A stretch of DNA of 64,000 nt from an uncultured Actinomycetes bacterium (GCA_963837155.1 CAWIMB010000001.1:92183-156182), one strand, 5' to 3'. Counted from the stretch's first letter, positions 10,673 to 21,109 are shown. Numbers and translations: made by a program. The notes: generated by a model from the letters alone, not told the origin.

Positions 10673-11410
10673 TTAAACCGCGCCGACCCACTCCAGGGTC
10701 TTTTGCCAGGCGGCGGCTGCATCGTCGGGGCGGTGCACGTCTCGCTCGGGATCGTGGACGAAACCGTGCTCGGCGCCCTCGACGACAACAATCTCGAAGT
10801 CGTCACGCCCTTTCCACGCATCACGCAGCGCGTCGATATCAGGCGCAGGGGTCCACGGGTCGGCCGTCCCGAAGAATGCGAGCGTCGGCACCATCTCTGA
10901 CGCGACGTCGAGCGGTTCGATGCGATGGCCGGGGCCGCCCCATCCCTCGGCCGTGCGCAGCATCCCGTAGAACGCGACAGCGGCGTCGAACCGGTCGGTC
11001 GACGCGGCCTTGAACACGTAGTGCCCGCCCATACAGAATCCGAGCACCGAAACACGCGAGACGTCGTCTTCGACCACCAACAAGTCAGCGGCAGCAGAAA
11101 GAATCTCGAGCTGCTGCGAATCGTCGAGATCCTTCACATGCGCCATCCGCTCTTCCACCGAAGCGCGAACCGACTCCGGCTGCGAAGCAAACTGCTCGAC
11201 AGCAACAACAGCAAGCCCATGCGAAGCCAGCAACCCAGCCATGTCCTCAAACAACGGCCGCAGCCCACCCATATCCGGATGCAAAACAAGCCCAGCAACA
11301 GGCATCCCATCCGGCCGAGCATGAAAAGCAGCCACCTCAACACCATCAACAAGAAGCGTGCGCGCCTCAGAAGTGATGTCGTAGACCGGACCGTGCTTAA
11401 GAGCCGCCAT
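10673..11410 (-). CDS. Dienelactone hydrolase family protein
   Basis: ORF 10673..11410 has the nucleophile motif GFCMGG and C-terminal EGAEHGFVHD. Confidence 0.8.
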   Translation of the reverse strand: MAALKHGPVYDITSEARTLLVDGVEVAAFHARPDGMPVAGLVLHPDMGGLRPLFEDMAGLLASHGLAVVAVEQFASQPESVRASVEERMAHVKDLDDSQQLEILSAAADLLVVEDDVSRVSVLGFCMGGHYVFKAASTDRFDAAVAFYGMLRTAEGWGGPGHRIEPLDVASEMVPTLAFFGTADPWTPAPDIDALRDAWKGRDDFEIVVVEGAEHGFVHDPERDVHRPDDAAAAWQKTLEWVGAV

Positions 11411-11562
11411 GCGAGCGACAGGTTAAGAGACGAGGAGGAGGCGGCGCTGTACTCCGTAGGGGACCTGGGGGGCGGGTGGGGCCCGCCGGAGCGAAGCGGA
11501 GGCGGGACGGTCCCCGGAGGAGTGCGGCGCCGCCGGGGCCACCGGTACGCGAAGCAGAGATG

Positions 11563-12633
11563 TCAGGCGTACCGATCCAAGATCGAAGTCTCGGCAACCC
11601 GCGAGAGCCCGTCCTTGATGGCGCGCGCACGCGCTTCGCCGACACCCTCTACCTCGACCAAGTCCGAGATCGATGCGCGCATGATCTTCGGCAACGTCCC
11701 GAAGCGCTCGACGACATGGTCGGCGATGAGGTCGGGCAGGCGGGGGATCTTGCTCAGCAGCCGGTAACCGCGCGGCTGCATCGACGAGTCGAGATCCATC
11801 TCGTGTGACAGGTGCAGGATGCCGGCGACGACGCGGAGGTCGAGCAGCTCGTCGTCGCTGATCTCGGTGAGTCGCGCGGTGACCTGGGCGAGGACCCAGT
11901 CGGGCGACTCCACGAAGTAGTCCTTCCCGACGAGGCGGAGGTCGGCGAGCACACCCCCGGTGAGCTCCTCGAGCTGCAGCTCGACGAGGCGGCCGTCGAG
12001 GCCGAGCTCCACGACGTAGCCCTCGATCTCCTCGGCGATTCTCCGCACCATCTCGGCGCGCTGCAGCACAGTGACGACGTCGCGCAGCGTCACGAGATCT
12101 TCGACCTCGAGCGCGGACAACGCGCCGGTCACGCCATCGAGGCGGGCCTTGTAGCGGCCGAGGATCTGCAGCGCCTGATCGGCCCGTGCAAGGACACGCG
12201 GGATCGGCTCCAGGGTCTGCTTCATGCCCTGGTAGTGCACCGAGACCATGCTCATCTCTTCGGAGACGGTGATCACCGGTACGGAGATCTGGCGGGCAAC
12301 GCGCTCGGCGGTGCGGTGCCGGGTTCCGGTCTCGGTCGTGGGAATGTCGGGGTCGGGGACGAGGTGCACGTTCGCGCGCGCGACGCGCGTGCCGTCGGAG
12401 GCGAGGATGATCGCGCCGTCCATCTTCGCGAGCTCCGAGAGACGCTGCGGGGTGAACTCGGCGTCGAGCAGAAAGCCGCCCGAGCAGATGTTCAACACGT
12501 CGGGACCGTCTCCGACAACGATGAGCGCGCCCATGTTCGACTGCAAGATGCGGTCGATACCTTCCCGAAGTGGCGTGCCCGGTGCGACCAGCCGGAGGGC
12601 CGCGTAGAGGGCTTCCGATCGGCGTGGCGCCAA
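11563..12633 (-). CDS. disA: DNA integrity scanning protein DisA (diadenylate cyclase)
   Basis: ORF 11563..12633 has a DAC domain (GALIVVGDG...DGAIILASDG...HLVPDPDIPTTETGTRHRTAERVA) and a C-terminal HhH (VEGVGEARARAI). Confidence 0.95.
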   Translation of the reverse strand: MAPRRSEALYAALRLVAPGTPLREGIDRILQSNMGALIVVGDGPDVLNICSGGFLLDAEFTPQRLSELAKMDGAIILASDGTRVARANVHLVPDPDIPTTETGTRHRTAERVARQISVPVITVSEEMSMVSVHYQGMKQTLEPIPRVLARADQALQILGRYKARLDGVTGALSALEVEDLVTLRDVVTVLQRAEMVRRIAEEIEGYVVELGLDGRLVELQLEELTGGVLADLRLVGKDYFVESPDWVLAQVTARLTEISDDELLDLRVVAGILHLSHEMDLDSSMQPRGYRLLSKIPRLPDLIADHVVERFGTLPKIMRASISDLVEVEGVGEARARAIKDGLSRVAETSILDRYA

Positions 12634-12664
12634 GAGGTCCTCCGGGTCGGAACTACACCGCAGC

Positions 12665-14011
12665 CTACCCCCCGGCGCGACGGGTCGCGATCAGACCCTC
12701 GGCGATATCAGCGACGCGTACCAGCGTGAGGCCTCGTACGTCGGGCGTCGACGCCGGAACGATTGCGCGACGAAAACCCAGGCGAAGTGCTTCGTTGAGA
12801 CGGCGGGGTGTGTGCGCCACCTGCCGGACCTCGCCGCCGAGTCCGAGCTCGCCTATGACGACCGTGTCAGGTTCGATCACGCGGTCGTCGCACGCACCCG
12901 CGATCGCGAGCGCGAGCGCGAGGTCGGCTCCGGGCTCCGCGACCCGTACGCCACCGGCGATGCTCCCGTACACGTCACGCTCGGCGAGTCCGACGTTCGC
13001 ACGTTGTTGGAGGATCGCGACGAGCATCGCAAGGCGGCTCGCGTCGATCGACTGCGCGATGCGGCGCGCGATCGGCGCGGACTTGTACGTGACGAGTGCT
13101 TGCGCCTCGACACACAACGGTCGCGCACCCTCCATCACGGCGGCGACGACCGAGCCGGGCGCATGAGCTCGGCGGTCGGCCAGGAACAGCGCGCTCGGAT
13201 CCGCGACCGGCGTGAGGCCTTCCTCGGTCATTTCCATGAGGCCCAGCTCGTCGGTCGCGCCGAACCGGTGCTTCAGCGCGCGCAGCATTCGGAGCGCGTG
13301 ATGGCGGTCGCCTTCGAACGAGAGCACCGTGTCGACGACGTGCTCGAGCGCGCGCGGCCCGGCGAGTGAGCCGTCCTTCGTGACATGTCCCACGACGAGC
13401 ACCGCGACCCCGCGTTCCTTCGCGAGCCGCACGATGACCTGGGCACCCTCCCGTACTTGCGTGACGGAACCGGCCGACCCAGGGCCGTCAGGATCGTGCA
13501 CCGCCTGGATCGAGTCGATCACGCAGACCGCCGGACTGATTTCGTCGAGATGGGCAGCAATCGCGGGCAACGACGTCTCCGAGACGACGAACAGCTCCCG
13601 GGCGAGCGTGCCGAGCCGATCGGCACGCACGCGCACCTGGGCGACGGACTCTTCGGCGGTGACCAGTAAACAGCGCGTGCCGCGGGCGGCCATCGCGCCG
13701 AGCGCCTGGAGCAGCAGCGTGCTCTTGCCCATCCCCGGCTCGCCCCCCAGGAGGGTGACCGACCCGGCGACGAGGCCGCCGCCGAGCACGCGATCGAGCT
13801 CGGGCACACCGGTCGGCATGTGCGCCGCACCGAGCGCATCCACGTCCGCGATCGGTGCGGGCCGGCTCGTGGGGATGCCGGCTGGTGTCGACACCGCCTG
13901 CGGGCCGTCTGCGAACGACCCCCACTCGCCGCACTCGGGGCAGTGCCCCAGCCACTTGGGCGAGTCGTAGCCGCACACCTCACACCGGTATCGAACGAGT
14001 GTTCGTGCCAT
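12665..14011 (-). CDS. radA: DNA repair protein RadA
   Basis: ORF 12665..14155 has a zinc ribbon (YRCEVCGYDSPKWLGHCPECGEW), Walker A (GGEPGMGKST), KNRFG-like (LKHRFG) and a Lon-like C-terminus. The start is ATG 14011 (MARTLVRY). Confidence 0.95.
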   Translation of the reverse strand: MARTLVRYRCEVCGYDSPKWLGHCPECGEWGSFADGPQAVSTPAGIPTSRPAPIADVDALGAAHMPTGVPELDRVLGGGLVAGSVTLLGGEPGMGKSTLLLQALGAMAARGTRCLLVTAEESVAQVRVRADRLGTLARELFVVSETSLPAIAAHLDEISPAVCVIDSIQAVHDPDGPGSAGSVTQVREGAQVIVRLAKERGVAVLVVGHVTKDGSLAGPRALEHVVDTVLSFEGDRHHALRMLRALKHRFGATDELGLMEMTEEGLTPVADPSALFLADRRAHAPGSVVAAVMEGARPLCVEAQALVTYKSAPIARRIAQSIDASRLAMLVAILQQRANVGLAERDVYGSIAGGVRVAEPGADLALALAIAGACDDRVIEPDTVVIGELGLGGEVRQVAHTPRRLNEALRLGFRRAIVPASTPDVRGLTLVRVADIAEGLIATRRAGG

Positions 14012-14049
14012 GGCGCGACAGTAGCCGGGGGGTGTGCCAAGCTCCGCGG

Positions 14050-14670
14050 ATGTCGATCGCCGGTGTGGTGACGATCGCCTTCGACTTGGACGACACGCTG
14101 ACCGACTGGTGGACCGGCATTCGGCGCGCCGCGACCGCGGTCGGCGATCCCGCAATCTGCGAACGCGTCCGCAGCGCGACGTGGATCGAGCGCGACGAAA
14201 TCGTGGTGAACCGCAACCACTGGCGCGTTGAGCTCGAGCCGGAGACGTTCATGGCGGCGGCGCTCGTCCGACCGTTCCTGGCCGCGCTCGATCCTCCGCT
14301 GTTCGCGGACGTCGTTCCGGCGTTGGAGGCGTTGCGAGGGAGGGTTCGGCTTGCCCTGCTGACGAACAATCCGTTCGGCATCGCGGTACTCGTACGGCAC
14401 GGGTTGCACACGGACGTTTTCGACTTCACGGTCGTCGCCGATCCGGAGTGGCGCAAGCCGCACCCGCGGGCGTTCGCAGGACTGCTCGACGCGCTCGCCG
14501 ACCCCGCCGAGCGTGTCGCCTATGTCGGCGACAGCGTCACTGCCGATGTCGAAGGTGCGCTCGCCGCGGGGCTTCGCCCCGTCTGGCTCGATCGCTGGAA
14601 CGACGCGTGGCAGCCGCCGCCGCGCGTCCTGCGCATCGCGTCGCTGCTGGAGCTGGCCGAGTGGTGCTGA
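14050..14670 (+). CDS. HAD-superfamily hydrolase
   Basis: In frame with ORF 13855..14670, starting at ATG 14050. It has the DxDxT motif (FDLDDTL) and C-terminal GDSVTADVEGA. Confidence 0.75.
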   Translation: MSIAGVVTIAFDLDDTLTDWWTGIRRAATAVGDPAICERVRSATWIERDEIVVNRNHWRVELEPETFMAAALVRPFLAALDPPLFADVVPALEALRGRVRLALLTNNPFGIAVLVRHGLHTDVFDFTVVADPEWRKPHPRAFAGLLDALADPAERVAYVGDSVTADVEGALAAGLRPVWLDRWNDAWQPPPRVLRIASLLELAEWC

Positions 14671-15272
14671 CGGTCGGCTTCGATCTCGACATGACGCTCA
14701 TCGACTCCCGGCCCGGCATCCTTGCGAGCCTGCGGGCCCTGTCGGCCGAAACCGGTGTCTTCATCGATGCCGAGCTCGTCCTCACCCGATTGGGACCCAA
14801 GCTCGAGGACGAGCTCGCCGAGTGGTTCCCGGTCGGCGACGTGCCAGCCATGGCGGAGCGCTACCGGCAGCACTACTTCCACCATTGCGTCGGCGGCGGC
14901 ACCCTGTGCATGGCGGGTGCGCGAGCAAGCATCGACGCCGTGCGTGCCCGGGCAGGCCGCGTCGTCGCCGTCACCGCGAAATCCGAGCGCCTGTCGCGCC
15001 GGTGCCTGGAAGAGGTGGGGCTCGTCGTCGACGGCGTTGTCGGGCACGTGCACGGCGACGAGAAACGCGATGCGCTTCGTGCGTGCGGCGCTGCGATCTA
15101 TGTCGGCGACACGATCGCTGACGTCCGCGCCGGCATCGATGCCGGCATCATCGGTATCGGCGTCGCGACCGGAATGCACAGCGCGCCACAACTCACCGAA
15201 GCGGGTGCATCGGTCGTGTTCGAATCCCTTGAACAGTTCCCCGGTTGGCTCGCCACGCTGCCGCCTACATGA
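14661..15272 (+). CDS. HAD-superfamily hydrolase (phosphoglycolate-phosphatase-like)
   Basis: In frame with ORF 14448..15272. GTG 14661 overlaps the upstream stop. Motifs FDLDMTLIDS and YVGDTIADVRAG. Confidence 0.75.
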   Translation: MVLTVGFDLDMTLIDSRPGILASLRALSAETGVFIDAELVLTRLGPKLEDELAEWFPVGDVPAMAERYRQHYFHHCVGGGTLCMAGARASIDAVRARAGRVVAVTAKSERLSRRCLEEVGLVVDGVVGHVHGDEKRDALRACGAAIYVGDTIADVRAGIDAGIIGIGVATGMHSAPQLTEAGASVVFESLEQFPGWLATLPPT

Positions 15273-16062
15273 GCGGGGCGCGGTCGCGGTCGAGCAGGAG
15301 CTCCGCACGCACTCGCGCCTTGCGGCGACGACGTTGGCGACGGGCGCTCGCCGACGCCGCGAGCAGGAACAAGCCTGCGAGCACCGCCAGCACAACCGCG
15401 ATGCCGAGCTTCACCATCCGGTCGTAGTCGGTCTTCGAGTGCGAGGCCGACACCGTGCTGACCGTTCCGTTCGTCGCGTCGTACGTGCGCTTGGTGCCGT
15501 CCGGCAGACGCACGACCACGGTGAGGTGTAATGCACTCCTCAGCTCGGCGCTGAGTTGCGCGTCCAGCGTCGCGGGATCGAGCCCTGCGACCAGGAGCCG
15601 CGCCTTGAGATCCGCGTCGCTGCCGATACCGCTCTTCGGAGTACGCAGATCGACGACGAGTGACAGGCCGTCGCTCGAGCTGAACCAGTCGCGAGCCCGG
15701 GTGATGCGTGGATCGCGAAGCAGACCCTTCGGTCCAACGAGATCCGCGAGCCGGCGCGCGAGATCCGCCTGGTCCCGAAAGTCGTGGGTGAGCGTGAGCG
15801 TCGCAGTCGATCGGGCGCCGCCCGTCCAGCGCGACACTTTCCACCCGGCGGCCCGCAGGTCGGCGAGCGGTACCTGCTTGGCGGCCGCGTCGAGGCCGCC
15901 AAGCCGCTGGATCGCGTCGCGATCGAACTTGAGCGTCGTGCGAACCGTGCCCGACCCGTCGTTCGCCAGCGTGACGTCGACGCGCGCGTCGACCCTGCAC
16001 CCCGCCAGCAGCACGGCAGCGATCGCGACCAGGCCCCACACGCGACGAACTTGCGAACACAC
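15265..16062 (-). CDS. Hypothetical lipoprotein with C-terminal TM anchor
   Basis: ORF 15265..16062 has lipobox LLAGC after a hydrophobic N-terminus. The C-terminal helix GIAVVLAVLAGLFLLAA is followed by an Arg-rich tail. Confidence 0.6.
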   Translation of the reverse strand: MCSQVRRVWGLVAIAAVLLAGCRVDARVDVTLANDGSGTVRTTLKFDRDAIQRLGGLDAAAKQVPLADLRAAGWKVSRWTGGARSTATLTLTHDFRDQADLARRLADLVGPKGLLRDPRITRARDWFSSSDGLSLVVDLRTPKSGIGSDADLKARLLVAGLDPATLDAQLSAELRSALHLTVVVRLPDGTKRTYDATNGTVSTVSASHSKTDYDRMVKLGIAVVLAVLAGLFLLAASASARRQRRRRKARVRAELLLDRDRAPLM

Positions 16063-16110
16063 ACCCGTATGATCGCTGGTACGTGACGCAAGTTCGAATT
16101 GAGTACGCGG

Positions 16111-18607
16111 TTATTCGGGGGTGCCGCTTCCGGCGAGCTCGACCGGCGGCGGCTCGATGCCCTGGACGTTACGGAACACGATGTCGTCGCCCTCGGCGTC
16201 GACCACGATCGTGTCGCCGGCGTGGAATTCCTTCCACAAGATCTTCTCCGAGAGCGGGTCCTCGATCAGGCGCTGGATCGCCCGGCGCAACGGCCGCGCA
16301 CCCAGAGCCGCGTCGTAGCCCTTGGCTGCGACGAGGTGCTTCGCCGCCAACGTGAGCTCGAAGCCCAGACCCTGCGACTCCAGCTGGTTGATCACCCGCT
16401 TGATCAGCAGGTCGACGATCTCGGTGATCTCGTCGGTTGTCAAGTTGTGGAACACGATGATGTCGTCGATGCGGTTGAGGAACTCGGGCCGGAAGTGGCG
16501 CTTGAGCTCCTCGTGCACCTTGTCCTTCATCTTGTCGTACGTCACGTGCTCGTCGGAGCGCGCGAACCCGAGCGCCGCCTTCTTGAGGTCGGCGGTACCG
16601 AGGTTCGACGTCATGATGATCACGGTGTTCTTGAAGTCGACCGTGCGGCCCTGCGCGTCGGTGAGTCGCCCGTCCTCGAGGATCTGCAACAGCGTGTTGA
16701 AGACGTCGGGGTGGGCCTTTTCGATCTCGTCGAACAGCACAACCGAGAACGGCTTGCGCCGCACGGCCTCGGTGAGCTGACCGCCTTCGTCGTAGCCGAC
16801 GTAGCCGGGCGGCGAACCGACGAGCCGCGACACGGTGTGCTTCTCCATGTACTCCGACATGTCGAGCTGGATCATCGACGACTCGTCACCGAACAAGAAC
16901 TCGGCGAGTGCTTTGGCGGTCTCGGTCTTGCCGACGCCCGACGGGCCCAAGAAGATGAACGAACCGCTCGGCCGCTTCGGGTCCTTGAGGCCGGCACGCG
17001 TGCGCCGGATCGCCTGCGACACCGCCTTGATGGCATCGTGCTGGCCGACGATGCGCTTGTGCAGCTCCTCTTCCATGCGCAGGAGCTTCGCGGTCTCTTC
17101 CTCGGTGAGCTTGTAGACGGGAATACCCGTCCACAACGCGAGCACCTCGGCGATCGACTCTTCGTTCACCTCGTTGAACAAGTCGACGCCTTCGGCGCGC
17201 CACTCGCTCTCCTTCGAGGTGCGCTGCTCGAGCAACGCCTTCTCGCGGTCACGCAGCGATGCGGCGCGCTCGAATTGCTGCGCCTCGATCGCCGCTTCCT
17301 TTTCCTTGCGCACCTTCGCGATCTGGTCTTCGAGCTCGCGGTAGTCGGGCGGTGCCTGCATACGACGGATGCGCAAACGCGAACCCGCTTCGTCGATGAG
17401 GTCGATCGCCTTGTCGGGAAGGTGACGGTCGGAGATGTACCGGTCGGCGAGGTTCGCCGCCGCGACGATCGCCTGGTCGGTGATCGTCACGCGGTGATGC
17501 GCCTCATACCGCTCGCGCAGTCCCTTCAAGATCTCGATCGTGTGCACGACCGTGGGTTCGTCGACCTTGATCGGCTGGAAGCGCCGCTCAAGGGCGGCGT
17601 CCTTCTCGAGGTGCTTGCGGTACTCATCGAGCGTGGTGGCACCGATCGTCTGCAGCTCACCCCGGGCGAGCATGGGCTTGAGGATCGAGGCGGCGTCGAT
17701 CGCGCCCTCGGCGGCACCGGCGCCCACCAAGGTGTGCAGCTCGTCGATGAACAAGATGATGTCGCCGCGCGTGCGGATCTCCTTCAGCACCTTCTTCAGG
17801 CGCTCCTCGAAGTCACCGCGGTAGCGGGAGCCCGCCACCAGCGCGCCGAGATCGAGCGTGTACAGCTGCTTGGCGTGCAAGGTCTCGGGAACATCGCCGT
17901 CGACGATGTTCTGCGCGAGGCCTTCGACGATGGCGGTCTTGCCAACCCCGGGCTCGCCGATCAGCACCGGGTTGTTCTTGGTGCGCCGGCTCAGCACCTG
18001 CATCACGCGTTCGATCTCGCGCTCGCGCCCGATGACCGGGTCGAGCTTCTTCTCGCGCGCGAGCTGCGTCAGATTGCGGCCGAACTGGTCGAGCACGAGC
18101 GAGCCCGACGGCTGGTTCTCGCCGCCGCCGCCCTGCGTCGCGCCCTGGCCGGCCGTCTCCTTCGTGCCCGCATAGCCGGAGAGCAGTTGGATGACTTGCT
18201 GGCGCACGCGGCGAAAGATCCGCGCCGAGCTTCACCAGTACTTGCGCAGCGACGCCCTCGCCCTCGCGGATCAGGCCGAGGAGGATGTGCTCGGTGCCGA
18301 TGTAGTTGTGGCCGAGTTGCAACGCCTCGCGCAGCGAGAGCTCCAAGACCTTCTTCGCACGCGGCGTGAACGGAATGTGACCCGACGGTGCCTGGCCCCC
18401 GTGGCCGATGATTTCCTCGACCTGCGCACGCACGGCTTCGAGCGAGATGCCGAGCGACTCAAGTGCCTTGGCCGCGACGCCCTCACCCTCATGGATCAGC
18501 CCGAGCAGGATGTGCTCGGTGCCGATGTAGTTGTGGTTGAGCAGGCGCGCTTCCTCTTGGGCGAGGACCACGACCCGTCGGGCTCGGTCGGTGAAGCGCT
18601 CGAACAA
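16111..18607 (-). CDS. clpC: ATP-dependent Clp protease ATP-binding subunit ClpC; apparent 1-nt frameshift near 18213
   Basis: The N-domain repeats are in ORF 17813..18712 ([12 protein letters not shown]...[13 protein letters not shown] x2) up to ...VKLGADLS. The rest is in ORF 16111..18207 ([10 protein letters not shown]..., two Walker [17 protein letters not shown]). TTG start is at 18607 after GAGAGG. Length is 2497 nt (3n+1). Confidence 0.9.
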
Positions 18608-18912
18608 AATGATCCGCCTCTCGGTGAGCTTGCGGCCCCCGCCAGACCCCGTTCCTCCGCTGGGTTCTTCCCATTCGGAGCAACGAAGCCGGCGGATGCC
18701 GGCTGTGCCCATTCTATCGGCCGGTCCCCCTGCAACTTTGGCGCCGGAGGCCGGTCTGGATGCCTTATTTTCTCGTTCCTCGGGGACGTATGGGACGCCT
18801 GTTGCGTTGCTCCACGATGGCCCTGAGCTTGTTCTCTACGCCTGAGCCATTCGGATCATTCCCGAGGGCCCTCGAATCGACCCTCTCCTGTGGGCCGCCG
18901 TACGCTCGTCCC

Positions 18913-19890
18913 GTGTCTCTCGTCGACGACGTGGACCTCCCGCCCCTGGCCGGGGACCTGGTCCGCGTCGAGGATCGCCTGAACGATGCCGTGCGCGCCG
19001 AGGACCGCTTCCTCGGCGACGTGGCCGAGCACCTCCTGGCGGCCGGTGGCAAACGGCTGCGGCCGGCGCTCTCTCTCTGCGCGAGCTACGCCGCCCGGGG
19101 GGCTGGCAACCCCGCCGCCCCCGAGGTCGTGACCGGCGGGTCGGCGGTCGAGCTCGTCCACCTCGGGTCGCTGTACCACGACGACGTCATCGACGAGGCC
19201 GAGACGCGACGGGGGGTGCCGTCGGTGAACGCGCGATGGTCGAACATCGTCGCGATCCTCGCCGGGGACTATCTCCTCGCGCAGGCGTCGTCGCTGGCCG
19301 CTTCCCTCGGCGCCGACGTCGCCGGGCTGCTCGCGTCGACGATCGGCGAGCTCTGCCGCGGGCAGGTGCTCGAGTTGCAACACCTCTTCGACCCTGACCG
19401 CACCGAGGAGTCGTACCTGTCCGCGATCGAGGGCAAGACCGCGTCACTGATGGCGACCGCGTGCCGCATCGGCGCCATGGTGAGTGGCGTTTCGGCAGAC
19501 AGTCTGGACGCCCTCACGCAGTTCGGCCATCACCTCGGCATGTGCTTCCAAGTCGTCGACGACGTGCTCGACGTCACGGCCACCGAGGCCGAGCTCGGCA
19601 AGCCGACCGGTAATGACGTGCACGAAGGCGTGTACACGTTGCCGGTGATCTATGCACTCGCGGGCTCGGGCGATCTGCGCGCCTTGCTGGGCCGCAAGCT
19701 CGAATGGCCGGAGGTACGCCAGGCCGTTGACCTGATTGCGACCTCGGAGGTCGTCGACGCGTCAATGACCGTCGCGCGCACCCACGCGACCAAGGCATCG
19801 GAAGCGCTGGCCGGCGCGACCGAGCTCGACGGCGACGTCTGCGACCGGTTGCGCACGCTGGTCGACGGCCTCGTGCGCCGCTCGTCTTGA
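18913..19890 (+). CDS. Polyprenyl diphosphate synthase (trans-IPPS)
   Basis: ORF 18760..19890 has the first DDxxD (LYHDDVIDEAETRRG) and the second (FQVVDDVLD). The GTG 18913 start is a guess. Confidence 0.85.
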   Translation: MSLVDDVDLPPLAGDLVRVEDRLNDAVRAEDRFLGDVAEHLLAAGGKRLRPALSLCASYAARGAGNPAAPEVVTGGSAVELVHLGSLYHDDVIDEAETRRGVPSVNARWSNIVAILAGDYLLAQASSLAASLGADVAGLLASTIGELCRGQVLELQHLFDPDRTEESYLSAIEGKTASLMATACRIGAMVSGVSADSLDALTQFGHHLGMCFQVVDDVLDVTATEAELGKPTGNDVHEGVYTLPVIYALAGSGDLRALLGRKLEWPEVRQAVDLIATSEVVDASMTVARTHATKASEALAGATELDGDVCDRLRTLVDGLVRRSS

Positions 19891-20255
19891 GCGCGGAGGT
19901 CTTTCACCGCCGCGTCAAGGCGTGGCTCGCCGCCGATCTCGACGCGTACATGGACTGCTGGGCCGACGGCATGGTGATCGAGCTGCCGACGGGTGTCATC
20001 CGCGACAAGGCGAAGTACCGGCGCCTGGTCGAGGCGGGCTTCTCCTGGGCGGCGCCGGTGTCGTTCGACGTACACCACCTCGCGTTCGATGGGCCGGTGG
20101 CGCTGGCCGACTGGACGATTCGGGCGCGGCGACGCGAGGACGAAGCCGTGATCGAGTGGCGCGGGCTCTCGGTCTGCGAGCTACGCGGCGGCAAGATCAT
20201 CTGGTGGCGCGAGCACCATCTCGCCCCGCCCGCACCGATCGCGGACTCGGATTAG
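19887..20255 (+). CDS. NTF2/SnoaL-like fold protein
   Basis: ORF 19887..20255 is a small alpha+beta protein (...AWLAADLDAYMDCWADGMVIE...WRGLSVCELRGGKIIWWREH). It overlaps the upstream stop. Confidence 0.5.
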   Translation: MSAEVFHRRVKAWLAADLDAYMDCWADGMVIELPTGVIRDKAKYRRLVEAGFSWAAPVSFDVHHLAFDGPVALADWTIRARRREDEAVIEWRGLSVCELRGGKIIWWREHHLAPPAPIADSD

Positions 20256-21079
20256 GCGGCGGGGACGTCGGCGGCGGCGTCGACCTCGTCGAGGAACGAC
20301 AGCACGACGTCGTTGAAACCATTGGGCGACTCTGCCATCAAGCCGTGGGCTGCGCCGCGCAGCACGTAGAGACGCGCGTTCGGGATCAGCTCTGCAACTT
20401 CCTCGGCGTCACCGAGTGGTGTGAGCGTGTCCTGGGACCCGGTGATCACGAGCGTGGGGGCGGTGACATCCGGAAGTTCGAACCGCAGTTCGTCGGACGC
20501 GTTGAGGATCGCATCGACCTGCGCGATGAACGCGTGTGGCTTCGCCTGGATCAACACGCGCGCGAGCACGTTGACGAACACGCCGAGACGGCGCTGCAGA
20601 CGCGGACCAATCAGCCAGCGCATGCCGTCGTCTCGCAAGCCGGCCATGCCGCGTTCGGAGACCGCTTCGGCCCAATCCCGGAACAGCTCACGCCGCCATT
20701 CGTGGTGGCGACACCCCGTGCACGCGAGCGTCAGCGAACGCACGCGTTCGGGATAGCGCACGCCGATGATCTGAGCGATGACGCCGCCCATTGACGCACC
20801 GACAATGTGCGCCCGCTCGATGCCCGCGCCGTCGAAAACCTGTATGACGTCCTTCGCCATGCGCGTGAGGTCGTACGGGCCGGGCGGAGCATCCGAAGCA
20901 CCCACACCGCGGTTGTCGACGCCGATGCAACGGTGGCGGCGCCCGAACGCACCGCGCTGCAGTGCCCATCCCCGACTGTCCATGCCCAGGCCCTGGATGA
21001 GCACGACGGGCGTACCGTCGCGCCGACCCCAGGTGCTGTACGCAATCTTCGTGCCGTCGTCGGTGACGATCTCCGGCAT
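20252..21079 (-). CDS. Alpha/beta-fold hydrolase
   Basis: ORF 20252..21079 has HGxG-like VVLIQGLGMDS, nucleophile elbow GASMGG and C-terminal GAAHGL. Confidence 0.8.
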   Translation of the reverse strand: MPEIVTDDGTKIAYSTWGRRDGTPVVLIQGLGMDSRGWALQRGAFGRRHRCIGVDNRGVGASDAPPGPYDLTRMAKDVIQVFDGAGIERAHIVGASMGGVIAQIIGVRYPERVRSLTLACTGCRHHEWRRELFRDWAEAVSERGMAGLRDDGMRWLIGPRLQRRLGVFVNVLARVLIQAKPHAFIAQVDAILNASDELRFELPDVTAPTLVITGSQDTLTPLGDAEEVAELIPNARLYVLRGAAHGLMAESPNGFNDVVLSFLDEVDAAADVPAA

Positions 21080-21109
21080 GCTCGAAGCGTATCCGAGCGA
21101 TCGCTCGCG

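Noticed and set aside
16099-18369. 756-aa plus-strand ORF, with similar long ORFs at 30680..32080 (-), 35670..37034 (+), 46434..47624 (-), 47074..47973 (-), 7515..8753 (+) and 60753..61448 (-)
   Set aside because: All are antisense or out of frame to strongly supported genes (clpC, pyk, metalloprotease, LPXTG gene, ispF/ispD, int). Their translations are low-complexity Arg/Ala/Gly/Pro strings, typical of stop-poor shadow frames in high-GC DNA.
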